Source: Desulfobacteraceae bacterium (lineage in GTDB: Bacteria > Desulfobacterota > Desulfobacteria > Desulfobacterales > Desulfobacteraceae). Taken from it: DNA of 46,789 nt. The stretch is taken from assembly GCA_021107575.1 (NCBI GenBank), contig JAIOSM010000100.1, positions 1 to 46,789 of the forward strand. The letters are read 5' to 3'. A model generated the notes under the pieces. The model ran no database searches. It saw only the letters and a program-made list of their open reading frames with translations, and was not told where the DNA came from. This document shows positions 8,592 through 17,511 of the stretch, in pieces. The position numbers and the translations under genes are program-made. Numbering within the stretch: the first letter of the stretch is position 1; each line of letters starts with the position of its first letter.

Positions 8592-9281
8592 ATGGTGAAA
8601 AAAATGAGTTCTCTGTATTACTTTAAAAATTTTAAAAAATTGGCTAATGATTTTAGACGATCCCCTGTAAAAATTGAGAACGGAGCACTATGGATCGGAG
8701 ACTCTTTACAAGTATCTGAATGGGAAAAGCCATTCCAAAAAAAGTTAGCTCAAATATGCCTTAATAAAAAAGAAGGAAATATCTTAGAAATTGGATATGG
8801 GTTAGGAATGGCATCTAATATTCTTGCCGCCTCAAATATTATAAAATCATATTCCCTAATTGAGGCTCATCCCCAAATCTTTAGCACGGCACTTAATACT
8901 ATAGGGGAAGTTGCTAACTTTACAGGATATTATTCATTTTGGGAAGTTGTAGTAACAAAAATGTCCCCTAAATGTTTCGATTCTATTTTGTTTGATGCAT
9001 ATTTACCTTTGTTTGATAATAAGGCGGATTCAGAATATAAATCAAGTACAATTAAGAAGTATTTATTAGAATCATTACCTCATTTTTCAAGAATTCTCTC
9101 GAAAGAAGGAATTCTAGTATTTGTTGATGTCACAAATGATATCGAATTCTCAGCAAAAGAGTTGCTGAGTACAAATTTCCATAAACTTAAAAAAAAAAAA
9201 GTTGGTGTTGTAATTCCAGATCGTTGTCCTAATTATTGTAACGACGATTATGTTACACTCATTCAATTAGAGGCCTTATGA
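8592..9281 (+). CDS. SAM-dependent methyltransferase, guanidinoacetate N-methyltransferase (GAMT)/RMT2-like
   Basis: Colinear by eye with GAMT as I remember it: SEWEKPF..(WETPYM), ILEIGYGLGMAS (VLEVGFGMAIAA), FDSILFDAY (FDGILYDTY), ILSKEGILVF (LLKPGGVLTY). ATGA overlap with the next gene. Confidence 0.65.
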   Translation: MVKKMSSLYYFKNFKKLANDFRRSPVKIENGALWIGDSLQVSEWEKPFQKKLAQICLNKKEGNILEIGYGLGMASNILAASNIIKSYSLIEAHPQIFSTALNTIGEVANFTGYYSFWEVVVTKMSPKCFDSILFDAYLPLFDNKADSEYKSSTIKKYLLESLPHFSRILSKEGILVFVDVTNDIEFSAKELLSTNFHKLKKKKVGVVIPDRCPNYCNDDYVTLIQLEAL

Positions 9282-10636
9282 TGATTTATGTTTGTATAAT
9301 GTTCGTTCTTATTGTGTTTGTTTTTGTAGGTGTTTTCGGTCAAAAAGGAAAGAACTTCAGTAGCCTTGACCTATTACTCGATGATAAATCAGCTGGAATA
9401 TACAAGATTGGAGCAAGTCTTTTCACTTTAATAGGTGCTGGTGAAATAATAGCACTTTCAACCTTAGGGTTTCTCTTCGGTAGAAATGGTGTCTTCCTTT
9501 TTTTAGGGTATTTTGCTGCTTTTATTTTCTTGGGTTTGCTTGCTCCAAAGATACGAGCTTTACCAGCTACTCAAGGATCCAAATCAATAGTAGAATTTTC
9601 TAAAAATCATATTGGACCTTGGTTTGGATGGGTTGTTTTAACATGTTCTTTTGCTGCTTTTTTTTCTCTTCTTATGCTTCAATTCTCTGCTATTGGAGCA
9701 ATTTTACCAGACCAGAATATGGTTTCCCGCAGTATCATTATTGTTCTTGTTGCATTAGCTATATATGTTTATCTATCTAAGGGAGGTGGATTAGGCTCTG
9801 TGTTTAGGACAGATATTTTTCAATCAATTCTGATGATCACTTTAATGGGAGTCGTTTTACTATTATTTATTAATTCTCCGGATTTACCACAGAAAGCGCA
9901 TAAGTTCGAGATTCCACCCTTTAGTTACACCTGGGGCCTGCTTATCTCTGGCTTTTTCGTTGGAATTGTGAGTGCTGATGTCTGGCAAAGAATGTTTGCT
10001 GCAAAAAGTAATAGTTCTGCGAGAACGGGTTTCATTATGGGGGCATTTATATTATTAGTATATGGTTTTGTAATCACAGAAATAGGTGTACTTGTAGCAA
10101 ACTCCTATCCTCTAATTGATTCTAGTAATACTTTTTTTCATGCTTTAAAAATTGTTTTCCCTGGTGCCATGAGCCTACTAGGAATAGGCCTTTTACTTTC
10201 AGCGTTAATATCAACTGCAGATACTGAAATCTTTGTATTGACCACGATGCTGGTGGATAAAATTAGTCAATACAGTTCGTCCTATAAAGCTTACTTAGAT
10301 AAATTTCCTCTCAAAGCAGTTAACATAGTTCTTTTATCGGTTACTCTTCTTTCTGCGGGGTGCGCAATTTTTGCAGATAATTTATTGCAGATATATACTT
10401 GGCTACTGTATGCCTTAATTTCAATATCACCTGTTTTTTGGTTGTCTATAATTAAACCTATCCCTGATCGGCTTGCATCAATAACTGTGATAATTAATTG
10501 GGCAATTCTCGCCGAGATGATTGCTCAGGGTTTTATTACTATAGATACTGTTTATTACTATGTAATTCCTTGTTTGTTAACTGGAATAGTTGCGTTTATT
10601 GTATCTTGTGGGATTGACAGGGCAAAAAAAAACTAA
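9278..10636 (+). CDS. sodium:solute symporter (SSS) family transporter
   Basis: About 12-13 hydrophobic segments and an SSF-like ADVWQRMFAAKS motif. Translationally coupled (ATGA) to the upstream methyltransferase. Confidence 0.7.
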   Translation: MMIYVCIMFVLIVFVFVGVFGQKGKNFSSLDLLLDDKSAGIYKIGASLFTLIGAGEIIALSTLGFLFGRNGVFLFLGYFAAFIFLGLLAPKIRALPATQGSKSIVEFSKNHIGPWFGWVVLTCSFAAFFSLLMLQFSAIGAILPDQNMVSRSIIIVLVALAIYVYLSKGGGLGSVFRTDIFQSILMITLMGVVLLLFINSPDLPQKAHKFEIPPFSYTWGLLISGFFVGIVSADVWQRMFAAKSNSSARTGFIMGAFILLVYGFVITEIGVLVANSYPLIDSSNTFFHALKIVFPGAMSLLGIGLLLSALISTADTEIFVLTTMLVDKISQYSSSYKAYLDKFPLKAVNIVLLSVTLLSAGCAIFADNLLQIYTWLLYALISISPVFWLSIIKPIPDRLASITVIINWAILAEMIAQGFITIDTVYYYVIPCLLTGIVAFIVSCGIDRAKKN

Positions 10637-10791
10637 AAAATTTAACTTCTCCTTTAAAAGCAAAAGAATTTGAACACCGGGTACAAATTGGGAGTGAATT
10701 AGCATTATTCCTATATGTCTTTATATCTGCAGGGTTTAAATTTTTACTACCAGCATTTACAGAATTTGAAATAGTAAAACCAAATTTTCTC

Positions 10792-11424
10792 ATGCTTTTA
10801 TTCAATAAGGAGGGTTTCTATCTATCCGAATTCATAGGAATTTTCTTTTTCTGTGGATATATTCGGGTTTTTTTTGGAATTCATTTTTTAGATCATGATA
10901 AAAGTGCTAATGAAGCAAAAGAACGGTTTATTAAAGAGAAACGTGGTAATAAAGATTTAAATAAAATTTTTTCTGATGAAGGAATTCGTAGACCAATGTT
11001 ATATTTTTCAACCTTATTTATGCTTTGGTCAATTTGCTTAGGTGATTATCCAATTGCACGAGTAACTTTCTTTTGCTCTGGGTTCATTCAAATATTTGTC
11101 ATGCTACGATATTTGTATATATACTATGAAATATTATTAGAATATGATGACGATAAAAAATGGAACAAGTGCATCTATGTTGCGGATGGAATATATATAT
11201 TTTCAACATTATATCTATGCTGCTTTGTTCTTTTTACAGGATTTCGAGAAAAACTACTTTCCTGGAATTTTACCACATGGGGTTTATTAATTTTTATGAG
11301 TTTCTTTTTTGTTGTTTTTGTTCTTGAAATGATCGTGGTTTATATCAAATCATTATGTCGGGCAGTAATGGCATATTTTTCTATAATTGATATGATACAC
11401 CCTGATATTGAAGAATCTGATTAG
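10792..11424 (+). CDS. hypothetical multi-pass membrane protein
   Basis: ORF with 5-6 hydrophobic segments on the same strand as the transporter. Start codon uncertain. Confidence 0.45.
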   Translation: MLLFNKEGFYLSEFIGIFFFCGYIRVFFGIHFLDHDKSANEAKERFIKEKRGNKDLNKIFSDEGIRRPMLYFSTLFMLWSICLGDYPIARVTFFCSGFIQIFVMLRYLYIYYEILLEYDDDKKWNKCIYVADGIYIFSTLYLCCFVLFTGFREKLLSWNFTTWGLLIFMSFFFVVFVLEMIVVYIKSLCRAVMAYFSIIDMIHPDIEESD

Positions 11425-11893
11425 TTTGTCGAGATGGGGAATTGGAATAAATTAGAATGGGGTTGGACCAAGCTTTTTTTCAACTCACTGTTAATAAACC
11501 AAAAAAATTTTCTAAACTCTCAAAAACAACTCTTAGCGGCCTCATTTTGATACTAAAATAAGCTTTGATCGGGACATCCAATAAGTGAAATATTGACGAA
11601 TAAACAGCACATTTCAAAAATAATCAGAGTTATGTTTAATTATCCAAAGTTTAACCTCCCTTATATTGCAATTATTAATATATAAATCGTTTTGGAAAGG
11701 TCCAGGAGAAGCCTCTGCATTTTAAATTGATTTGAAAGTATACTTTTTGCCTCTGACGTTGTATGAAACTATTGGAGCCATGGCATTGCTCTGAGATATT
11801 TAATCTGGAGGATTATTTTTGCCTGAGAAACTAACAAAAGAAAGAATGAATTACAAAAACATTATATCGAACAAAAAATGAGGAGGCGTAATA

Positions 11894-12343
11894 ATGAAGG
11901 ATTTTTTAAAAACTCTTAGACCCTCTAAAACCAAAAAATCTATGCGGGATCAACAAGATAATGAGCTTGAAGATATAGCGACCAATCTTGCATCTTTGGC
12001 AAATGAAGATATTTCAACCATTACTGACTCAATTAAAAAAGTTGCTGCATCTCAAATAGAAAAGAATGAAGCGGCTACAAAGCTTATCAATGCTATTTTC
12101 GACTTTTTTTTCCAACCAGAAACGCATTCGTCTGGAACAGGACCAGGGCTGAGTTACACAACCGATACAACATATACAAGGGGCGAAGTGTTATCAATTA
12201 TAAAAACAATGCGGAACAAAAGGGCAACTTATAAAACCATCGCCTTATATTTTCAAGAAAAAAATATACCAACTTTCTCAGGAAGGGGTGAATGGTATGC
12301 ACAGACTATACACAGGCTGTGTAAGCAGCATAATCTCGACTAA
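11894..12343 (+). CDS. hypothetical protein with C-terminal recombinase-type HTH-like module
   Basis: Strong RBS GAGGAGG 7 nt upstream. The C-terminal TYKTIALYFQEKNIPTFSGRGEWYAQTIHRL resembles the DNA-binding module of serine recombinases. Confidence 0.55.
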   Translation: MKDFLKTLRPSKTKKSMRDQQDNELEDIATNLASLANEDISTITDSIKKVAASQIEKNEAATKLINAIFDFFFQPETHSSGTGPGLSYTTDTTYTRGEVLSIIKTMRNKRATYKTIALYFQEKNIPTFSGRGEWYAQTIHRLCKQHNLD

Positions 12344-12360
12344 AAATTAGCAGGTGAAAA

Positions 12361-12816
12361 ATGATAAAAAAAATAATATCCGGAGGGCAAACAGGGGCAG
12401 ACATAGCCGGGGTTGATGCTGCAATTGAATCAAATATATCATATGGCGGTTGGTTACCAAAAGGAAGAAAAGCAGAAAACGGCATAGTGCCAGAAAAATA
12501 TTCTGCGTTTCAGGTCATGACCAGAGGTGGTTATCCAATGCGAACAGAACAAAACGTCAAAGATTCGGATGGTACGGTTATTTTTACTTTTGGAAAACTA
12601 TCCGGGGGATCCTCGTTGACAAAAAAATATGCAGTGAAAAATAAAAAGCCCTGGGTGCATATCGACTTGACAGCAAAAACAAATCCGACAGAAAAACTAA
12701 AAAATTGGGTGATTGATTGGGATATTCAAATTTTGAATGTAGCTGGGAAAAGCACGAGTAAAGCACCAAATATCTATGGTTTAGTGAAATCAATAATAAA
12801 AGATGTTTTGAAATGA
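12361..12816 (+). CDS. SLOG-superfamily protein, YpsA / 'putative molybdenum carrier' family
   Basis: N-terminal ISGGQTGADIAGVDAA...GGWLPKGRKAENGIVPEKY...RTEQNVKDSDGTV matches the YpsA-type SLOG signature. Confidence 0.8.
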   Translation: MIKKIISGGQTGADIAGVDAAIESNISYGGWLPKGRKAENGIVPEKYSAFQVMTRGGYPMRTEQNVKDSDGTVIFTFGKLSGGSSLTKKYAVKNKKPWVHIDLTAKTNPTEKLKNWVIDWDIQILNVAGKSTSKAPNIYGLVKSIIKDVLK

Positions 12817-13004
12817 GAATACAAACCAATCAATCGCCAGAAAGCAAAAATAATTTAGTTGTTAAAGCAAACATAGACAAAAAAATTAAATATAAAAAAT
12901 TCATCATAGTAGATAATGTAATTACAACCGGGGGAAGTGTTAAAGCTTTTGCAACCACATTACAAAACAATAAAATCAAAACTTGTAATGTGGTTGCTTT
13001 GATG
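12813..13004 (+). pseudogene. phosphoribosyltransferase (ComF-like PRPP-loop) remnant, read through into IS debris
   Basis: PRPP-binding loop KKFIIVDNVITTGGSVKAF. Only ~25 aa precede it, and the ORF 12813..13136 continues into an IS3 transposase tail from 13005. ATGA overlap with the SLOG gene. Confidence 0.5.
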
Positions 13005-13197
13005 GTAAGCGCTCAAAAACCCCATCTTAAAAAGCTTGAGGATTCATGTCATATTGAGCTTACTTATATTGAGATATTTTATAACAATAAAAGGCGTCAT
13101 TCTTATTTGGGTAATATCAAGTCCAAAAGAATTTGAAGAATTGTGGAAAATAGAAAAAGCACCTAAGAAAAGTGTCCGATTTTATTTGACCACATCA
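13005..13197 (+). mobile_element. IS3-family transposase 3' tail plus terminal end (remnant, copy A of an inverted pair)
   Basis: Encodes ..YIEIFYNNKRRHSYLGN, and after a frameshift SPKEFEELWKIEKA. Ends in ..GACCACATCA (CA terminus). Reverse complement recurs at 21289-21484. Confidence 0.8.
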
Positions 13198-13429
13198 CGC
13201 TGTTGAAGAATCATTTTTTCATACATTCAAGACACAATTAATCTATCATATTAGATTGAAAAATATTAACGAGGCGGAAAGAATTCTCTTTAAATATATC
13301 GAAATTTATTATAATCAAAGAAGAAAGCATTCTGCAAGTGGCTGGAAAGAGCCTGCTCACTGCGAGCAGGAATGGTATAACTTAAGAAAAGTGGCTTAAC
13401 TTAGCTTCCACTTTTTTGGGGTAGGATCA
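13198..13429 (+). mobile_element. second, different IS3-family transposase C-terminal remnant and putative right end
   Basis: Translates as HAVEESFFHTFKTQLIYH...FKYIEIYYNQRRKHSASG..., the typical OrfB C-terminus, with a stop at 13397-13399. The remnant ends ..GGTAGGATCA at 13429. Confidence 0.75.
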
Positions 13430-13460
13430 GTTTTCAATAATAATATAGGATCAAATAACT

Positions 13461-15500
13461 ATGCTAGAAACAATTTTTAGTGCGAATTCATTGGCATTTA
13501 TAGGGGTTTCAAACTCTAAAGATAAGGGCTATCAGACCATAAACACCCTTCAGAAAGAAGGATATAATGGAAATGTTTTTCCCGTCAATGCTAAAAAAGA
13601 TAGCATTCTTGGTCTTAAATGCTACAAAAGTATTACTGATATTGAACCTAACGTGAATATTGCATTCATCACTACTCCACTAAAAACCATTCCCTCTATT
13701 CTAAAAGAGTGCGGTGAGAAAGGAGTTGAAGGAGCCATCCTTGCCATTGAATTTTCTATGAAAGTAGATGAGAGTGATTTGAAAAATAAGATACTCCAAA
13801 CTGCCAAGGAGTATGGTATTCGTCTCATTGATTTCATAAGCAACATTGAATCCAACATGAACCTTTCTGGCATTAAAAATATACCTAAAGGTACTGTCGC
13901 TCTTCTTTACCAGAATAAAAATATTGCACAAAACCTAATTTCCAGAGCCACTCCCCGTCAATACATAGGGTTTACACATTGTGTGCAAGTGGGAAAAATT
14001 TCTGATATCGGCCTCGATGAATATCTTGAATATTTTACTAACGATCCAAGAACAAATTGTATCATACTATGTGTAGATTCGATTTCTGAGGGAAGAAAAT
14101 TTCTTATTGCAGCCTATAAAATCACGATAAGGAAACCTGTAATTATGTTGAGCATCAATCATTCAAATTTCAACTATGATGAGACTTTTGAGCGAAGTGG
14201 TATCATTGTTATTAGTGATCCAGATGAGCTTTTACCTGCGGCCGAAGCCTTAGCCAACCAAATACCCATAAAAAATAACAATATAAGTATACTTGGTTTC
14301 GATGGAGAATTTTATACTACCGAAACTGCTGACTTGCTTTCAGATTATGGTGTTCAACTTGTTACTCTATCTAATTCAAAACATAAAAAAGTGGAAAAAT
14401 ATTTTTCAAAAGCATCATTTATACTAAATTCATTTTATGTCAACCCTATTGAATACTCCGATCTATTATCTGTTACGGAGTTTGCTAAGATTATTCTACA
14501 AGATGGAAATGTAGGAGGCCTTATTATTGTAGGACTTTCCAAGGAAAGTGGCATATGTTTTAATGAAGAACTCACTCCTCCAAAAGAGGACGCACTCCGA
14601 AACCTAATAAAAAAACACAAACCTGTTGTGGTACATAGCAAATATATACCTCATAACAAAAATCCATTTCGGCTTTATGATATTCCAGTATATGATTCTC
14701 TTATGGTAGCATGTAAATGTATTATAAACCTATGTAAATACGGTAATCATCTTGTGCGATATCACAGTAAAACCAATTTTGTATTTAATTGGAGAGCGAA
14801 AGCTAAAAAACTTGGTGATGTTATCCTTCAAAAAGTTATTAAGGAAGGTAGGCGTTTCCTTTCAGAGAATGAAGCTAGGCAATTATTCAAGCTACACGGA
14901 GCGCCAATTCTTTTGATAGCAGAGACTGAGGATCAAGCGATTAAGCTGGCACAGAAGATTAAAGAAAAAGTGCTACTTAAAATCTTCCCTCTTGATGATA
15001 AGGAACAAAGCGATCCTGACAAAATCAGAGAGAATCTTGATACAGAGGATGAAATTCGCAGAGCATTCAGGGATCTTATGAAAACTGCTCGAAAATATAG
15101 CTCAAACGAAGTAACCTTGGGAATAATGGTTTCTCCCATGTCTGAAAGTGATGGTTTTGAGGTGACCATTGAAATCAAAACAGATGATACTTTTGGACCA
15201 ATTATCATGCTGAAGATTATGGAACATATTACCTCTCAAGTCCTGCCTATTCTTCCGAGGGAAGCCAAGAAAATGATTGAAGAGTCATCTCTATCATTCA
15301 TTTTTGATGGTGTGAAAGGGCAGTCAGGGTATGATAAGTATGGATTAAGAAAGCTACTATCAATTTGTTCTGAATTGATAGAAGCTTATCCAGAAATAGA
15401 GTCGATCAATTTGAACCCTGTGACTCTTTACCATCAAGGGCTTAATATTATGAATTTAAAAATTTTTCTAAGGGACAGAATCGTTCTTAAAGACGTATAG
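13461..15500 (+). CDS. ADP-forming acetyl/acyl-CoA synthetase-like protein (CoA-binding + ligase-CoA + ATP-grasp architecture), catalytic motifs apparently degenerate
   Basis: N-terminal CoA-binding pattern (LAFIGVSNS..GY..GNVFPVN..ILGLKCY..DI) and C-terminal ATP-grasp-like pattern (EARQLFKLHGAPI...DTFGPIIML...NLNPV). I cannot find GPNC, SQSG, a SHTG-type His loop or HKSDxGGV. Confidence 0.65.
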   Translation: MLETIFSANSLAFIGVSNSKDKGYQTINTLQKEGYNGNVFPVNAKKDSILGLKCYKSITDIEPNVNIAFITTPLKTIPSILKECGEKGVEGAILAIEFSMKVDESDLKNKILQTAKEYGIRLIDFISNIESNMNLSGIKNIPKGTVALLYQNKNIAQNLISRATPRQYIGFTHCVQVGKISDIGLDEYLEYFTNDPRTNCIILCVDSISEGRKFLIAAYKITIRKPVIMLSINHSNFNYDETFERSGIIVISDPDELLPAAEALANQIPIKNNNISILGFDGEFYTTETADLLSDYGVQLVTLSNSKHKKVEKYFSKASFILNSFYVNPIEYSDLLSVTEFAKIILQDGNVGGLIIVGLSKESGICFNEELTPPKEDALRNLIKKHKPVVVHSKYIPHNKNPFRLYDIPVYDSLMVACKCIINLCKYGNHLVRYHSKTNFVFNWRAKAKKLGDVILQKVIKEGRRFLSENEARQLFKLHGAPILLIAETEDQAIKLAQKIKEKVLLKIFPLDDKEQSDPDKIRENLDTEDEIRRAFRDLMKTARKYSSNEVTLGIMVSPMSESDGFEVTIEIKTDDTFGPIIMLKIMEHITSQVLPILPREAKKMIEESSLSFIFDGVKGQSGYDKYGLRKLLSICSELIEAYPEIESINLNPVTLYHQGLNIMNLKIFLRDRIVLKDV

Positions 15501-15659
15501 GAGGACTTTAACCACAAATGGGAAAAACTGTTTTAAAAATTTAAGTGCCACACTATTTAATAAGCAATTTAGTAAATTAGGACTGGATAGATAAACCCGT
15601 ACCTAAAATTAAATTATATAATTTTATGATAAATTAACAAATATAATAGGAGGAGGAAA

Positions 15660-16109
15660 ATGGATCCTGGAATAACAGATTTAACAGCAAGTGTAATGGC
15701 AATTATAACTTCGTATGCTTCAATTGGAGCAAAAGAAATGATTAAATCAGCGGGCAAAGATATCTATGAAAAGGCAAAAAGTCTATATGCTGTATTAAAA
15801 AAACGATTAGCAGGAGACGAAGCCGCAGAGCATGCTCTTGCAGGATTCGAAAAAGATCCAGAGTTGTTTAAGTCACCACTTGAAGAAATTTTGAAAAAAA
15901 AGTTAAATCAGGATATTGACTTATTTAATGAATTATCCGAATTTATTAATGTGATGGGACCGATATTGAATGTGGTTCAAACGATAGAAAAGGCTGATGG
16001 GGTTGTCGGAGTAGAGACAGAAGAAATAAATAGAGGTAAATTGAGTGTTAATCAAAAAGCCGCTGAAGCAAAAAATATGGTTGGGGTAACTGTTAAAAGG
16101 ATTGGATGA
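15660..16109 (+). CDS. hypothetical small helical protein with beta-rich tail (149 aa)
   Basis: Very strong RBS AGGAGGAGG upstream. The body is predicted helical (..EAAEHALAGFEKDPELFKSPLEEILKKKL..). The tail is GVVGVETEEINRGKLSVNQ..MVGVTV. Confidence 0.6.
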   Translation: MDPGITDLTASVMAIITSYASIGAKEMIKSAGKDIYEKAKSLYAVLKKRLAGDEAAEHALAGFEKDPELFKSPLEEILKKKLNQDIDLFNELSEFINVMGPILNVVQTIEKADGVVGVETEEINRGKLSVNQKAAEAKNMVGVTVKRIG

Positions 16110-16225
16110 TTCAAGAATTGTCATTTTATATAAAAAAGAGTAATTATAGGAAACTATTGTAAGAATGCTGCTATATTTTAATGAAAAATTTAGCTTAACC
16201 TGGGGATGGAATTCAAAATAAAATA

Positions 16226-17506
16226 ATGGAACGCTATAGTACTTCAGTGACTCAGACAGTAGGAGAAGTTCATAACGGTAAAGTTATCGGAACTCAGGTT
16301 AATAATCAATTCATAGTCAACATAGATCCTGAATTCATGCGTAGTCTTTTGGAAATTTTTTCAAATAAAGGTATTGACAAAAAGATATGGAAGCCTTCTT
16401 ATAAGGCCAATATTCCTGAACTATTTAAAAAAAAATTTAAAGACACAGAATTGCTGACAATTTTAGAGGTATTATTTGATATACCGCCTCAACTGGATAA
16501 TTCTCTTCCACTTTTATCTTTTCTACAAGGATTTGTTGATAGAATAAAGGATAATGAAGTTGCCGACAAACTAGGAAAATGGATAAATAAGGTTGCTTTA
16601 GAACAAGCAAAAAACTCGAATTTTAATATAGCTAAAAAACCTGTTGAAATAATAACTGATGATCAAATTTTAAAAAATGCACATTTATTTATAGAGTTGA
16701 TACCTGATCCAAATAACCAAAACAAAGGACAAGAATTGTTTGTTATTAGGATGTATTTATGGAAAAATTCAAATGATGTTCAATGTAGATATACAAGTGA
16801 AAGACCCTGTGAAATAGGGGGTATTAATAAAATTATAGATCATTTTATAGCAACTGAGTTTGATGAACTTGATGAACTGCAAACAATCGAATTTTTTATG
16901 CCGTGTGGTTTTATCTTTCTTGAGGTTGACCAATGGAGAATAGAAGAAGGTATTCTTACTACTAAAACTTTTGGCCAAGAATATCATATATTTATCCGAC
17001 TGAATCGCAATCGCCAGTATAGGGATGGAAAAATGATTACAATTCATCCTGTGTCACGTCGGAAATGGAAGAAGAAGTGGGATTTTCTCCAAACAAAGGG
17101 AAAGGCATATCATGATTCAGTTGTATGGATGAATGACCAAGGTAGTTGCGACACTAAGAATTTGTTTAAACTTTTCGAATATTTTAATGAGGAATCTTGC
17201 CTGCTTATTACCTCTATGCCTGATGAGTCTGTAGATGAAATAGGATTAGGACATGTTATTCTCGAGACAGGTATTCCAATCGCTCTTTGTTTCAGAAAGA
17301 GTGGGCAGAATATTAAAAATATCGAACAAACTATAACTGAAATAAAAGAAACTATTTCAAAAGGAAATATTTATGAATTACCTGAAATGATTCTAAAAAA
17401 ACGTCGAGAAGCGAAAGATATCATGGATGTTGGTAATCACTTGACTCTGATATGGGATGATCCAGAACGAGTAATTCCAAAGTTTTATTACACTCCAAAA
17501 GGATAA
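16226..17506 (+). CDS. VMAP-like (vWA-MoxR associated) protein, no recognisable effector domain
   Basis: Sits immediately upstream of the MoxR ATPase (5-nt gap). The C-terminal region with ILETGIPIALCFRKSG resembles my recollection of the VMAP-C module. No catalytic motifs seen. Confidence 0.45.
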   Translation: MERYSTSVTQTVGEVHNGKVIGTQVNNQFIVNIDPEFMRSLLEIFSNKGIDKKIWKPSYKANIPELFKKKFKDTELLTILEVLFDIPPQLDNSLPLLSFLQGFVDRIKDNEVADKLGKWINKVALEQAKNSNFNIAKKPVEIITDDQILKNAHLFIELIPDPNNQNKGQELFVIRMYLWKNSNDVQCRYTSERPCEIGGINKIIDHFIATEFDELDELQTIEFFMPCGFIFLEVDQWRIEEGILTTKTFGQEYHIFIRLNRNRQYRDGKMITIHPVSRRKWKKKWDFLQTKGKAYHDSVVWMNDQGSCDTKNLFKLFEYFNEESCLLITSMPDESVDEIGLGHVILETGIPIALCFRKSGQNIKNIEQTITEIKETISKGNIYELPEMILKKRREAKDIMDVGNHLTLIWDDPERVIPKFYYTPKG

Positions 17507-17511
17507 ATAAT

